Source: an uncultured Candidatus Saccharibacteria bacterium
GTDB lineage: Bacteria > Patescibacteriota > Saccharimonadia > Saccharimonadales > CAIOMD01
Length of the DNA stretch: 64,000 nt
Assembly: GCA_903859365.1 (NCBI GenBank)
Contig: CAIOMD010000007.1
Location: 64,477-128,476 of the forward strand
Reading direction: 5' to 3'
How positions within the stretch are numbered: position 1 is the stretch's first letter; each line of letters begins with the position of its first letter. The position numbers and the translations under genes were made by a program. This document shows, in pieces, positions 1 to 9,189 of this stretch. The notes below the pieces were generated by a model. It was not told the DNA's origin, ran no database searches, and saw only the letters and a list, made by a program, of their open reading frames with translations.

Positions 1-119
1 TTTATCATGATGCCGGAGATAAAGCGCGATATTTGCGTGCTGTTGTTGATCATGCATTAGCAGATCCAAAGCTTGGCCCAAATTTCAGAGAATATTTGTT
101 AAAACGGCTTAATCAATAG
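1..119 (+). CDS. 3' end of an unidentified gene entering from the left edge (partial)
   Basis: Frame 3 is open from the window edge to TAG at 117-119 (...YHDAGDKARYLRAVVDHALADPKLGPNFREYLLKRLNQ*). No family can be recognised from 38 residues. Confidence 0.3.
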   Translation, partial: YHDAGDKARYLRAVVDHALADPKLGPNFREYLLKRLNQ

Positions 120-216
120 CTTTTTTAATTGCGCTAAAGGTATATTTTACACTAATAATAATTTTCTGTTAGCTGACATTTTTTCTATAATAGATGTATA
201 GAAAAAGAGAGGGTAC

Positions 217-3200
217 ATGCAGGGATCAACGCCCAAAGTGGCAGCTAACGATTATGTGCATTTACATAATCATACGCAGTATAGTTTACTCGATGGGCTA
301 ACTAAGATTGGCCCGCTTTTAGATTTTGTAAAGAAATCTGGCATGCAGGCGGTTGCTATGACTGATCACGGTACTCTTTCTGGTGCAATTGAATTTTATA
401 AAGAAGCAAAAGCTCGAGACATTAAACCAATCATAGGCCTTGAGACCTACGTTGCTGCACGAGGCCATACGGATAAAGATCCACAAAAAGATAAAAATCG
501 CTATCACCTTATTTTGCTTGCCATGAATAATGTAGGCTACCAGAATTTAATGCGTTTATCGACAACTGCTAATTTAGATGGTTTTTATTACTTTCCGCGT
601 ATCGACCATGAGCTTTTAGAAAAATATAATGAAGGACTTATTGTTCTGAGCGCCTGCATGGGTGGAGAAGTCGCCAATGCATTCAAGGAAGGTCAAGATA
701 CAAAAGCGGTAGAAATTGCATCCTGGTATAAGAAAATATTCGGAGACCGTTACTATTTAGAAGTACAAGATCATGGTCATCCAAAAAATCCTATTCCCAA
801 TAAGGAACAGGAAATGATAAATAATAAAATTTTAGAACTTTCCAAAAAACTTTCTATCCCTGCAGTCGTTACAGCAGACGGACATTATCTTAAACATGAA
901 GATCAAGAGGCGCATGAAATTTTATTATGTGTCGGTACGGGTTCGTATTTGAGTGATGAGAAAAGAATGTCACTTAAAGATTTTCCGCTACACGTTACAG
1001 AGCCTGAAGAAATGATTAGTAGATGGGGTGAAGATTATCCAGAACTTATTACCAATACTATTGCTATCGCTAATAGATGCAACGTGGAAATAGAACTTGG
1101 TAAGATTTTAATTCCTAAATTTGATGTACCTGAAAAGGAAACCGAAAAATCATATTTAGAAAAACTAGTGTATCGGGGCTTAGCATTTCGATATGGTGGT
1201 GTTAAAGAATCTGACGCAGCTCAATTAACGGTTTCCCAAGCCAGGAAAACGCTACCAAAGAAAATTGAAGAGCGAACTGAATTTGAGCTCAAAGTAATTG
1301 AAGAAATGGGTTTTTGTGGATATTTTTTAATTATTTGGGATTTTATTAAATGGGGTAAGGATCGAGGTATTGTTTTTGGCCCTGGACGAGGAAGTGCCGC
1401 AGGATCTATTATTGCCTATTCTTTAAGAATCACTGAGCTTGATCCACTAGCCTATGATTTACTCTTTGAAAGATTTTTGAATCCTGATCGTATTAGCATG
1501 CCCGATATCGATATTGATATTCAAGATTCAAGAAGGGATGAAGTAATTCAATATTGCGTTCAAAAATATGGATCTAATCGGGTTGCCAATATTGTTACTT
1601 TTGGACGCATGGCTGCGCGCGCTGCGGTTCGAGATGTTGCTCGAGTGCTGCAAGTGCCGTATTCTGAAGCAGATAAACTTGCAAAAATGATTCCACCGCC
1701 AGTGCAAGGTCGTCATATCCCACTTGAAAAATCAATTGTAGAAAATAGTGAGCTCAAATCAGAATATGATAATAATCCTACTGCTAAACGAGTTTTTGAT
1801 ATGGCAATTCAACTTGAGGGTACGATTCGGAGCCATGGTGTTCATGCTGCCGGAGTGGTGATAGCCCCAGATGATATTGTTAAGTTTGCCCCTCTGGAAA
1901 TGGCGCAAAAAGGGGTAATAGCCACGCAGTATCCAATGGGTCCCATTGAAGAATTAGGACTGCTTAAGATGGATTTTCTCGGATTATCTAACTTAACTAC
2001 TATAAATAACGCTCTCCGTATAATTAAGCGTGTATATGGGAAGACTATAACCGTTGATTCAATTCCACTTGATGATAAAAAAACATATAAGTTACTTGGA
2101 AGTGGTGATACTGTAGGAGTTTTTCAGCTTGAGTCTGCAGGAATGAAACGCTATCTTCAAGAATTGAAGCCCTCAGAATTTGAAGATATTGTAGCCATGG
2201 TTGCACTGTATCGGCCCGGGCCAATGCAGTTCATTGAAGATTATATTGGCAGAAAGCACGGCGAGCGTGAAATAGAATATCCTCATGAAAGTATGAAGAA
2301 TGCTCTTAAGAGTACGTATGGAGTGCTTGTTTATCAGGAACAGGTCATGCAAATCTCAAAAGAAGTATGTGGTTTTACGGGTGGAGAAGCAGATACGCTC
2401 CGTAAAGCAATTGGTAAAAAGAATATGGAAATGATGCAAAAAATGCGTGAAAAAATGATTGAAGGTGGGCAGACGCATAGTGGTATTTCAAAAGAAGTCA
2501 TGGAGTTGTTCTGGAAGCAATTAGAGGATTTTGCTGCATATTGTTTTAATAAGAGTCATGCCGCTTGCTATGCGCTCGTTTCATATTGGACGGCGTATCT
2601 TAAAGCTTATTATCCAGCAGCATTTATGGCATCACTCATGACAAGCGATTACGATAATATTGATCGCTTAGCGATAGAAATAAGCGCCTGTAAACAATCT
2701 AATATTGAAGTACTGCCTCCTGATGTCAATGAGTCATATCATGAGTTTGCCGTTGTTCCAAGTGATGATTCCAAAAAAATGCAGATTCGATTCGGGCTTG
2801 ATGCAATCAAAAACGTAGGACATGGAGTAGTTGATGAAATTATTCGAGCAAGAACTGATGGTGGCCCTTTTAAATCCATAGCCGATTTTATTACAAGAGT
2901 AAATGGAAGGCTTGTGAATAAGAAAGTATGGGAAAGTTTGGCAAAATCTGGTGCGCTCAACCGTTTTGGCGACAGAGGGGCAATTATTGAAAATCTTGAA
3001 AGTATTCTTGCAATAGCTGCAAAGCTGAATAAGGAGCAGAAAATTGGGCAGACTGATTTATTTGGTAATGATACCCAAAGCACTAGTTCCCCAATTTTTA
3101 CAATAGAAGTACCTCCCAGTAAAGGATTATTTACAGAACAGCAGTATTTGCAGTGGGAGCGTGAGCTTATGGGGCTTTATATATCTAGCCATCCGCTGCA

Positions 3201-3858
3201 GCCGTTCGAGGCAATTTTAACTGAACAGGCGGTTCCTTTATCTGAAATAACTCCAGAGAATGATGGAAAAACTGCAGTGATCGGCGGAACGATCAATGAG
3301 TTTAGGAAGATAACTACAAAAAATGGCCAAGCTATGGCGTTTGCTAAACTTGAAGATTTATTTGGCGATGAGAGAGAGCTGATTATCTTCCCTAGAGTTT
3401 TTGACGATACAGAAGGGTTTTGGGATAAAGATAAAGTCTTACTTATAAAAGGTAGAGTGGATGGGTCAGATAAAAACGGAGCACTGCTTAAAGAAGCTAA
3501 ATTCCTCGTGTCATCTGTCTCAGATATTTCATTAGAAACCGCGAAGGCATACAAAGCTAAGGGACGCTCAAAAAAAATGTCTGGTGCAAAAAAAGCTGCA
3601 ACTAAACCAAAATCTGAACAAACAGAAGATCGTACTGTTAAAAGATTATATATTCGCTTGCCTGATACAAAAGACCAATTACTGCTTGAAAAATTAAAAA
3701 CACTACTTGACGCAAATGCCGGTACAATTGAGGCAGTACTCGTACTTGGCTCAGATAAGAAACAAATTATAAAACTTCCGCAAAAAATTGATGCTAACAA
3801 TGAGCTTCTTCTTTCGCTTAAAAAATTAGTAGGTAAAGAAGATATAAAATTTCAATAA
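217..3858 (+). CDS. dnaE: DNA polymerase III alpha subunit
   Basis: 1213-aa ORF. N-terminal PHP motif HLHNHTQYSLLDG, polymerase core (GPGRGSAAGS, MPDIDIDI, FNKSHAACYA), C-terminal OB-fold and tail. GAGAGGG lies upstream of the ATG. Confidence 0.97.
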   Translation: MQGSTPKVAANDYVHLHNHTQYSLLDGLTKIGPLLDFVKKSGMQAVAMTDHGTLSGAIEFYKEAKARDIKPIIGLETYVAARGHTDKDPQKDKNRYHLILLAMNNVGYQNLMRLSTTANLDGFYYFPRIDHELLEKYNEGLIVLSACMGGEVANAFKEGQDTKAVEIASWYKKIFGDRYYLEVQDHGHPKNPIPNKEQEMINNKILELSKKLSIPAVVTADGHYLKHEDQEAHEILLCVGTGSYLSDEKRMSLKDFPLHVTEPEEMISRWGEDYPELITNTIAIANRCNVEIELGKILIPKFDVPEKETEKSYLEKLVYRGLAFRYGGVKESDAAQLTVSQARKTLPKKIEERTEFELKVIEEMGFCGYFLIIWDFIKWGKDRGIVFGPGRGSAAGSIIAYSLRITELDPLAYDLLFERFLNPDRISMPDIDIDIQDSRRDEVIQYCVQKYGSNRVANIVTFGRMAARAAVRDVARVLQVPYSEADKLAKMIPPPVQGRHIPLEKSIVENSELKSEYDNNPTAKRVFDMAIQLEGTIRSHGVHAAGVVIAPDDIVKFAPLEMAQKGVIATQYPMGPIEELGLLKMDFLGLSNLTTINNALRIIKRVYGKTITVDSIPLDDKKTYKLLGSGDTVGVFQLESAGMKRYLQELKPSEFEDIVAMVALYRPGPMQFIEDYIGRKHGEREIEYPHESMKNALKSTYGVLVYQEQVMQISKEVCGFTGGEADTLRKAIGKKNMEMMQKMREKMIEGGQTHSGISKEVMELFWKQLEDFAAYCFNKSHAACYALVSYWTAYLKAYYPAAFMASLMTSDYDNIDRLAIEISACKQSNIEVLPPDVNESYHEFAVVPSDDSKKMQIRFGLDAIKNVGHGVVDEIIRARTDGGPFKSIADFITRVNGRLVNKKVWESLAKSGALNRFGDRGAIIENLESILAIAAKLNKEQKIGQTDLFGNDTQSTSSPIFTIEVPPSKGLFTEQQYLQWERELMGLYISSHPLQPFEAILTEQAVPLSEITPENDGKTAVIGGTINEFRKITTKNGQAMAFAKLEDLFGDERELIIFPRVFDDTEGFWDKDKVLLIKGRVDGSDKNGALLKEAKFLVSSVSDISLETAKAYKAKGRSKKMSGAKKAATKPKSEQTEDRTVKRLYIRLPDTKDQLLLEKLKTLLDANAGTIEAVLVLGSDKKQIIKLPQKIDANNELLLSLKKLVGKEDIKFQ

Positions 3859-3865
3859 GCCAGCT

Positions 3866-4549
3866 CTACGCCTGCTTATGTAATTTTTTTATATAAAGAA
3901 TTTCAAGAATAACACCAACAGCGAGGATTATGAAGCCGACTATGAGAGCTAGCGTGGTATTTACCTTAAAATACCAGGGGCTCAAGAGTGTGATGCCTCC
4001 TGCAGGTATTTCGCTATACATGTGGTTGTTCTGCTGTTGATTAGTAAGCATTACAACAATAACTCTTGTCTTGGGGTGGCCAGGATATTTTGACACATTT
4101 GCAATTCCAACACCTATATCCGTAAAAGAACTGCTTGTATATGCATCATATTGAATTGGGTTCTTGCTCCAGCCGTTAATAATTCTATCTGTTGATTCGT
4201 CGCTGACGGCTTCAATCATGCTTGCAGAGCTATAAATGACTCCTGCTTTTTTAATATAATCCCAACTTGTCCTACCGTCAGGCATACTGTATGAAAACGT
4301 AGTAGATCGTGCCATATCCTCTGCTTGGGATTGTGCAGCATTCATAAGCGAAGCATTGGACGTTAGTGGGGAAAGTGAAAGTAAACTTCTTTGTTTCTCT
4401 ATATTTTCAGTAACTTGATTGATGCTAGGGGGTGAGGTGAGAGTATTTTTGTAAGGAATGAAAAAACCAGTTAATAAAAATATAAAAAGTGCACTAACAA
4501 TAAAAAGGCTATGGCCTAATCGGAGAGTTTTAGGATTATTAAATTTCAT
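3866..4549 (-). CDS. membrane-anchored CAP/SCP (YkwD-like) domain protein
   Basis: Track ORF 3866..4603 trimmed to the internal ATG at 4549 (MKFNNPKTLRLG...). N-terminal TM helix, a CAP-like central segment (NAAQSQAEDMA...INGWSKNP...DIGVGIA), and a C-terminal TM helix. It overlaps the upstream gene's stop by 11 nt. Confidence 0.6.
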   Translation of the reverse strand: MKFNNPKTLRLGHSLFIVSALFIFLLTGFFIPYKNTLTSPPSINQVTENIEKQRSLLSLSPLTSNASLMNAAQSQAEDMARSTTFSYSMPDGRTSWDYIKKAGVIYSSASMIEAVSDESTDRIINGWSKNPIQYDAYTSSSFTDIGVGIANVSKYPGHPKTRVIVVMLTNQQQNNHMYSEIPAGGITLLSPWYFKVNTTLALIVGFIILAVGVILEILYIKKLHKQA

Positions 4550-5057
4550 GGTTTCCTCGTACTGACAATTGATATAATGCAATTCCTGTAGCCACTGAAA
4601 CATTAAAGGATTCTTTTTTCCCCTTCATCGGTATTTCGACAATGAAGTCTGAGCTTTCAAGGGACTGTTCATTTACCCCATTGATTTCATTCCCTACAAT
4701 AAGCGCTACCTTGTTTGGTATCCTTAATTTATTGATAGGGGTGCTCAATTTATTTTGCTCAAGACTAACAATTGTGTACTGCGTTTTTTTTAACGAATCA
4801 ATAACATCGCTGATGTCTTCATGTCGTTCGATATCCATCGTAGCTTCTGCGCCAAGAGAAGTCTTCTTGATAGCATTTGTTTGTTTGGTAATCTCATGTG
4901 GGAGGCGCTCGTCATTCATTACTTTTGGATAGGGGGTGTATCCGGTAAGAACTACTTTACTTACCCCTAAACCGTCAGCGGTTCTGAGAATACTTCCGAC
5001 ATTATGTGTGCTTCGAACGTTATCGAGCACCACTATTATTTCATTCATTACAAACAT
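4539..5057 (-). CDS. SpoU/TrmH-family RNA 2'-O-methyltransferase
   Basis: Family motifs NVRSTHNVGSILRTADGLG, LIVGNEINGV and IPMKGKKESFNVSVATGIALYQL. Confidence 0.85.
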   Translation of the reverse strand: MFVMNEIIVVLDNVRSTHNVGSILRTADGLGVSKVVLTGYTPYPKVMNDERLPHEITKQTNAIKKTSLGAEATMDIERHEDISDVIDSLKKTQYTIVSLEQNKLSTPINKLRIPNKVALIVGNEINGVNEQSLESSDFIVEIPMKGKKESFNVSVATGIALYQLSVRGNHEI

Positions 5058-5112
5058 AATAACAAAATTGACTCCAACTGCTTATGCTTAATTGCTATAC
5101 TATCTACAGTAT

Positions 5113-6711
5113 ATGGCAGAAGACGCAAGAATTTTAGAAGAAAGAAGCACACAGCGACGAGCGCATTTGCTGAATATGGCGTATGAAGATACATCTGCAA
5201 GAGAAATACCGCTCTATCCAGAAGTATTGCCGGTCCCCGAGCTGTACAGTCTCAGAGCAATCCCCCTCTATGCAGATGCCAATAACCTTCGCTTTGGAGT
5301 TACTAATACGACTTCGCAATCGACGATGGCGAATTTAAAAATGCGTTTCCCTGATCAACAGACTACTTTCTCTATTATTTCAGATACTGGTTATAAAGAT
5401 CTAATGCGTCGTTATGATCCACCAAAGGAAGTAATCTATAAAGATATTTCACTTATATCGCATGATGCCGACGAGCAATTTAAAGTAGTTTCTGAAACAC
5501 TCAATAGTGTACGAGCCGACGATATGTTAGCGTATGTGGTTCAGCAGGCATATCTACTCAAAGCCTCGGATATTCACCTTGAAACTGACGAGGACGGTGT
5601 TAGGATTCGACTAAGGGTAGATGGCGTGCTTCATCCCATTGCTGAATTTACGAATGATAAGTACCGACAATTTTTATCAAGTCTTGCCGTAGCTGCTAAC
5701 GTTTCAACAAATTCAGATCAACCACAAACAGGCCATATCAATAGAAGTTACCAATTAGCAAATGGCTCGTCTGTTACTGTAAATCTTCGACTGGAAACAG
5801 TACCTACGGTCCATGGAATGGATGCAGTGCTCAGGCTTTTTAACTTAAAACCCGAACTTATGAAACTCGATAGTCTCGGTTTGACGAAGGATGAAAAAGC
5901 AATAATAGATGATATTATTAGCCATCCTAACGGGCTCGTTCTTATGGTAGGGCCTACTGGTTCCGGTAAGACAACGACTCTTTACAGCATCCTAAATCAA
6001 CTAAACAACCCAGAACGCAAAATTATTACACTTGAAGATCCCGTAGAATATAACATCAAAGGTATTACACAAATACCAATTGACTCCACAAAAGAGGCGA
6101 ATGGTTTTGCAGATAAATTTAGGGCGGTGCTTCGTCTTGACCCAGACGTCATTATGGTTGGAGAAATTAGAGATTTAGATACTGCTAAAACTGCGCTTCA
6201 GTCAGCGCTTACGGGACACCTTGTATTGTCAACCTACCATGCAGGATCTGCAGCAGCAGCGTTAACTCGCATGCTTGATGCAATTGGGGATAACCCACTC
6301 TTCTCATCAGCAATTCGCCTCATAACAGCACAGCGTTTGATTCGTAGGCTTGATGATCATTCTAAAGTTGCCTATGACCCTGACCCCAAGACGCTAGGAT
6401 GGCTAAGCGGTGTCATTGCTACTTTTCCAGAACATGTTCCCAAACCAAACTTGGACGGTATAAAACTCTATAAAGCAGGAAGTTCACCGGAAAACCCATT
6501 TGGATATAGCGGGCAACTTGCAGTGCGAGAATTGATGCTGATGACTCCAGCAATTCTCAATGAATTGAAGAAAGCGTCGAGGGATATTTCTGCTCAGGAA
6601 TTAGAAAAAACCGCGATTTCGGATGGGATGCTCACCATGATTCAAAACGGTGTTATCCAGGTTATTCAAGGCAATACGAGCCTAGAAGAAATTATGCGTA
6701 TTCTTGCTTAA
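5113..6711 (+). CDS. pilB: type IV pilus / type II secretion assembly ATPase (GspE/PilB family)
   Basis: Walker A GPTGSGKTTTLYS, Walker B region VIMVGEIRD, T2SSE_N-like N-terminal region. ATG at 5113 (MAEDARILEE) is preferred over the TTG at 5092 used by the ORF track. Confidence 0.85.
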   Translation: MAEDARILEERSTQRRAHLLNMAYEDTSAREIPLYPEVLPVPELYSLRAIPLYADANNLRFGVTNTTSQSTMANLKMRFPDQQTTFSIISDTGYKDLMRRYDPPKEVIYKDISLISHDADEQFKVVSETLNSVRADDMLAYVVQQAYLLKASDIHLETDEDGVRIRLRVDGVLHPIAEFTNDKYRQFLSSLAVAANVSTNSDQPQTGHINRSYQLANGSSVTVNLRLETVPTVHGMDAVLRLFNLKPELMKLDSLGLTKDEKAIIDDIISHPNGLVLMVGPTGSGKTTTLYSILNQLNNPERKIITLEDPVEYNIKGITQIPIDSTKEANGFADKFRAVLRLDPDVIMVGEIRDLDTAKTALQSALTGHLVLSTYHAGSAAAALTRMLDAIGDNPLFSSAIRLITAQRLIRRLDDHSKVAYDPDPKTLGWLSGVIATFPEHVPKPNLDGIKLYKAGSSPENPFGYSGQLAVRELMLMTPAILNELKKASRDISAQELEKTAISDGMLTMIQNGVIQVIQGNTSLEEIMRILA

Positions 6712-6745
6712 AGTACTTATATATGCAAAAATTTAACTATTATTT

Positions 6746-6764
6746 GAGCGTTGAGCTCTTTTTT
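6746..6764 (+). terminator. weak intrinsic terminator after pilB
   Basis: GAGC-gttga-GCTC followed by TTTTTT. The stem is only 4 bp. Confidence 0.3.
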
Positions 6765-6791
6765 ATACGTTAATGAGACCCTTATCCAAAC

Positions 6792-7661
6792 ATGGCAAGA
6801 ACAATTAGTAGTACTAAAATGATTCAGAAAAACGATGTTAAGATTTCTGTAGTAATACCAGCTTACAATGAAGCAGATTTCCTTCCACGTTGTCTTGATA
6901 CACTAATGGTCCAAAAAAATGCTCCAAATTTCGAAATTATAGTAGTGAATAATGCAAGCACTGATGAAACTGCTGAAGTGGCGAAAAGATATGGAGTTAG
7001 AGTTATTCATGAATCCGAAAAAGGAGTAGTCCACGCCCGTCAAGCTGGACTTGAAGCAGCCCGGGGCCGGATTATTGTATCAACTGATGCAGATAGCTTC
7101 TTTCCTGAAAAATGGATTTATAACATTCATTCATTTTTTTTAGAACATCCTGAAGCTTCAGGACTTGCGGGTAGCTATCATTTCTATAAAGGTCCGCTAT
7201 GGTCGAGAATTATGCCCGCCGTACTTGGCTATTTAATTTGGGGGCTATCACTTGTTATTCATCGACCCGTGTATGTCTCTGGTGCAAATTTGAGTTTCCG
7301 AAAAGACGCATTTCCGGGGTATGACACTCGTTTTTACCAAGGTGCTGATGAGCGGGGTGTACTGCTTGAAATTATGAAAAAGGGAAGAGTCTATGTAACG
7401 ATGAAAAATCCTGTAGAAACTTCCAGCAGAAGGGTAAATCAAGGATTTTGGCATAGTATGATTATGACAGTCGGCTATTATTATGGATATAATAATTGGC
7501 GAACAAAGAAGAAGGGATATAGCAAAATCGGGTCACCCCCCGCTATTCGAACAGAAGACAGAACTACGCACGCACCACTTCTTTTTCTACAATGGGCTAT
7601 AGTGCTAGCTGTAGGTTTTATTATTTTTGAAATAATTAAAAGGCATTACGATATTTGGTAA
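6792..7661 (+). CDS. family 2 glycosyltransferase with C-terminal membrane segment
   Basis: VVIPAYNEADFLPRCLDTL, VVNNASTDET and a STDADS (DxD-type) motif. Hydrophobic C-terminus. Confidence 0.8.
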   Translation: MARTISSTKMIQKNDVKISVVIPAYNEADFLPRCLDTLMVQKNAPNFEIIVVNNASTDETAEVAKRYGVRVIHESEKGVVHARQAGLEAARGRIIVSTDADSFFPEKWIYNIHSFFLEHPEASGLAGSYHFYKGPLWSRIMPAVLGYLIWGLSLVIHRPVYVSGANLSFRKDAFPGYDTRFYQGADERGVLLEIMKKGRVYVTMKNPVETSSRRVNQGFWHSMIMTVGYYYGYNNWRTKKKGYSKIGSPPAIRTEDRTTHAPLLFLQWAIVLAVGFIIFEIIKRHYDIW

Positions 7662-7757
7662 TGTACAAAACAAGTTGTAACTCTTTTCAAATATAAATAG
7701 ATGTGTTATATTATACCTTGAATCTTTTATTAATAAGACTTGGATAAAAAGGAAACT

Positions 7758-8213
7758 ATGCAAAGCCTAATTCAGAAAATTGAAGCTAAACATCTCAAGA
7801 AACAAGTTGTTGATGTACATACTGGTGATACTGTTCGTGTTCACCAAAAAATTAAAGAAGGCGCTAAAGAGCGCGTTCAAATCTTTGAAGGGTTAGTAAT
7901 TAGAACTGATCGAAAAAAGAGCCTAACAAGTTCGATTACGGTCCGACGTATTTCCAGTGGTATTGGTGTTGAAAAAAGTTTTCTACTCCATGGACCAAAT
8001 GTACTCAAAATTGAAGTAACGAAAAGAAGCAAAGTGCGACGTAACTATCTTAGCTATATGCGAAAGCTGACTGGTAAAGCATCACGTCTTAGTGGTGTCG
8101 ATTTCGATAAAAAAGCTGTTAACGATGTTCATGATGTTGCTGCTGAAGCTGAAGAAGTTAAACTTCACGAAGCCGCCGAAGTAGCTCATGAAACAGCTCC
8201 AGAAAAAAATTAA
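7758..8213 (+). CDS. rplS: 50S ribosomal protein L19 with acidic/Ala-rich C-terminal extension
   Basis: MQSLIQKIEAKHLKK...HTGDTVRVHQKIKEGAKERVQIFEG is a canonical L19 N-terminus. ATG at 7758 is preferred over the TTG at 7740. Confidence 0.95.
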   Translation: MQSLIQKIEAKHLKKQVVDVHTGDTVRVHQKIKEGAKERVQIFEGLVIRTDRKKSLTSSITVRRISSGIGVEKSFLLHGPNVLKIEVTKRSKVRRNYLSYMRKLTGKASRLSGVDFDKKAVNDVHDVAAEAEEVKLHEAAEVAHETAPEKN

Positions 8214-8215
8214 AT

Positions 8216-8241
8216 AGGTCCCGCTCGGGACCTATTTTATT
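8216..8241. terminator. bidirectional intrinsic terminator between rplS and the convergent lipid kinase gene
   Basis: AGGTCCC-gctc-GGGACCT, flanked by an A-run on the left and a T-run on the right. Confidence 0.7.
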
Positions 8242-9136
8242 TACCGGCGCGAATTATTGAGATCGGGTGACCATTCTTAATGACAACCGTCTCATTTTCT
8301 TTTATTAGCCTATGCTCTCCGTCAGCTTGAAGAAAAATATGTTGTTCTGGTGTGACCGTTAAAATACTATCTCGTGTTTGAACAGAGCCGTTTCCTGCCA
8401 TTGAAATAAGTCCGAGACTGAGTTGGCCAAGTGCTGAAGCTCTAGATTTAGGTTTGAGCAAATAGAAAGCTTCTTCAAAAAGTAGTGGATAAGGGGGTTT
8501 CACAAATCCGGCCATTCTTGTTTTCATTGCTAAGATTTCGTAGGATTTAGAAATGTCTCCGTCCTGGTCCTTATATTTAAATGCTTTTCTAGTTCCCGAT
8601 ACTGCTCGTGCCGCTGAAGCTACATCACTTAATTTTTGTCGAGAGCTTTCTAGATTATAATTGACTGCTAATGCAGCAATAGCACTAGCCCCAAGACCGA
8701 TATATCCAAGGGCATTAATCGTCTCCTGGGTTCTATCATCCATATGATGCGTCGCTTCAATAGTGTAGGCAGTCGCTACAGATCCACGATCAATAATGGT
8801 ATCAATAGCACTATGGCCATAAATTGTTGAAGATATATCATTCATTCCACCAAAGGGCTGAGGAAGAAGATGAATTTTATCATGCATTGAAAGACGTATC
8901 GCACTATTTGTAAGCCAGTTGAGTGTTCCATCGCCACCGCAGCTTATTACGACATCATCAGGCTCAAGCGTATCGCTTAATTCACCTTCTGTTGGTTGTA
9001 GCAAATCAATAATGGGCCGCTCATATTTCATGAGTGGATCATATATTTTCTTCTGCATCGCTTCCCTGGAATTATCCTTCTGGAGTTTTGTTGCATTAGA
9101 GCTTGATACAACAATAAACCTATTGGCGTTTATCAT
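8237..9136 (-). CDS. diacylglycerol-kinase-like lipid kinase (YegS/BmrU family)
   Basis: DAGK catalytic-domain signatures VISCGGDGTLNW and GGMNDIS. 299 aa. Confidence 0.75.
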   Translation of the reverse strand: MINANRFIVVSSSNATKLQKDNSREAMQKKIYDPLMKYERPIIDLLQPTEGELSDTLEPDDVVISCGGDGTLNWLTNSAIRLSMHDKIHLLPQPFGGMNDISSTIYGHSAIDTIIDRGSVATAYTIEATHHMDDRTQETINALGYIGLGASAIAALAVNYNLESSRQKLSDVASAARAVSGTRKAFKYKDQDGDISKSYEILAMKTRMAGFVKPPYPLLFEEAFYLLKPKSRASALGQLSLGLISMAGNGSVQTRDSILTVTPEQHIFLQADGEHRLIKENETVVIKNGHPISIIRAGK

Positions 9137-9189
9137 AAGCGGTATTATACAGTATTTTTTGACAAAAGTAAATAATCATTACATAAATA

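Noticed and set aside
3177-3800. Long antisense ORFs in the track: 3177-3800 (-) in dnaE, 13650-14102 (-) in clpC, 42098-42691 (-) in tuf, 48036-48452 (-) in rplC, 35194-35496 (-) in rpoC, and others.
   Set aside because: All lie fully inside strongly supported conserved genes on the other strand. They have low-complexity or Ser/Leu/Ile-rich translations and lack RBS and promoter signals. They are typical shadow ORFs.
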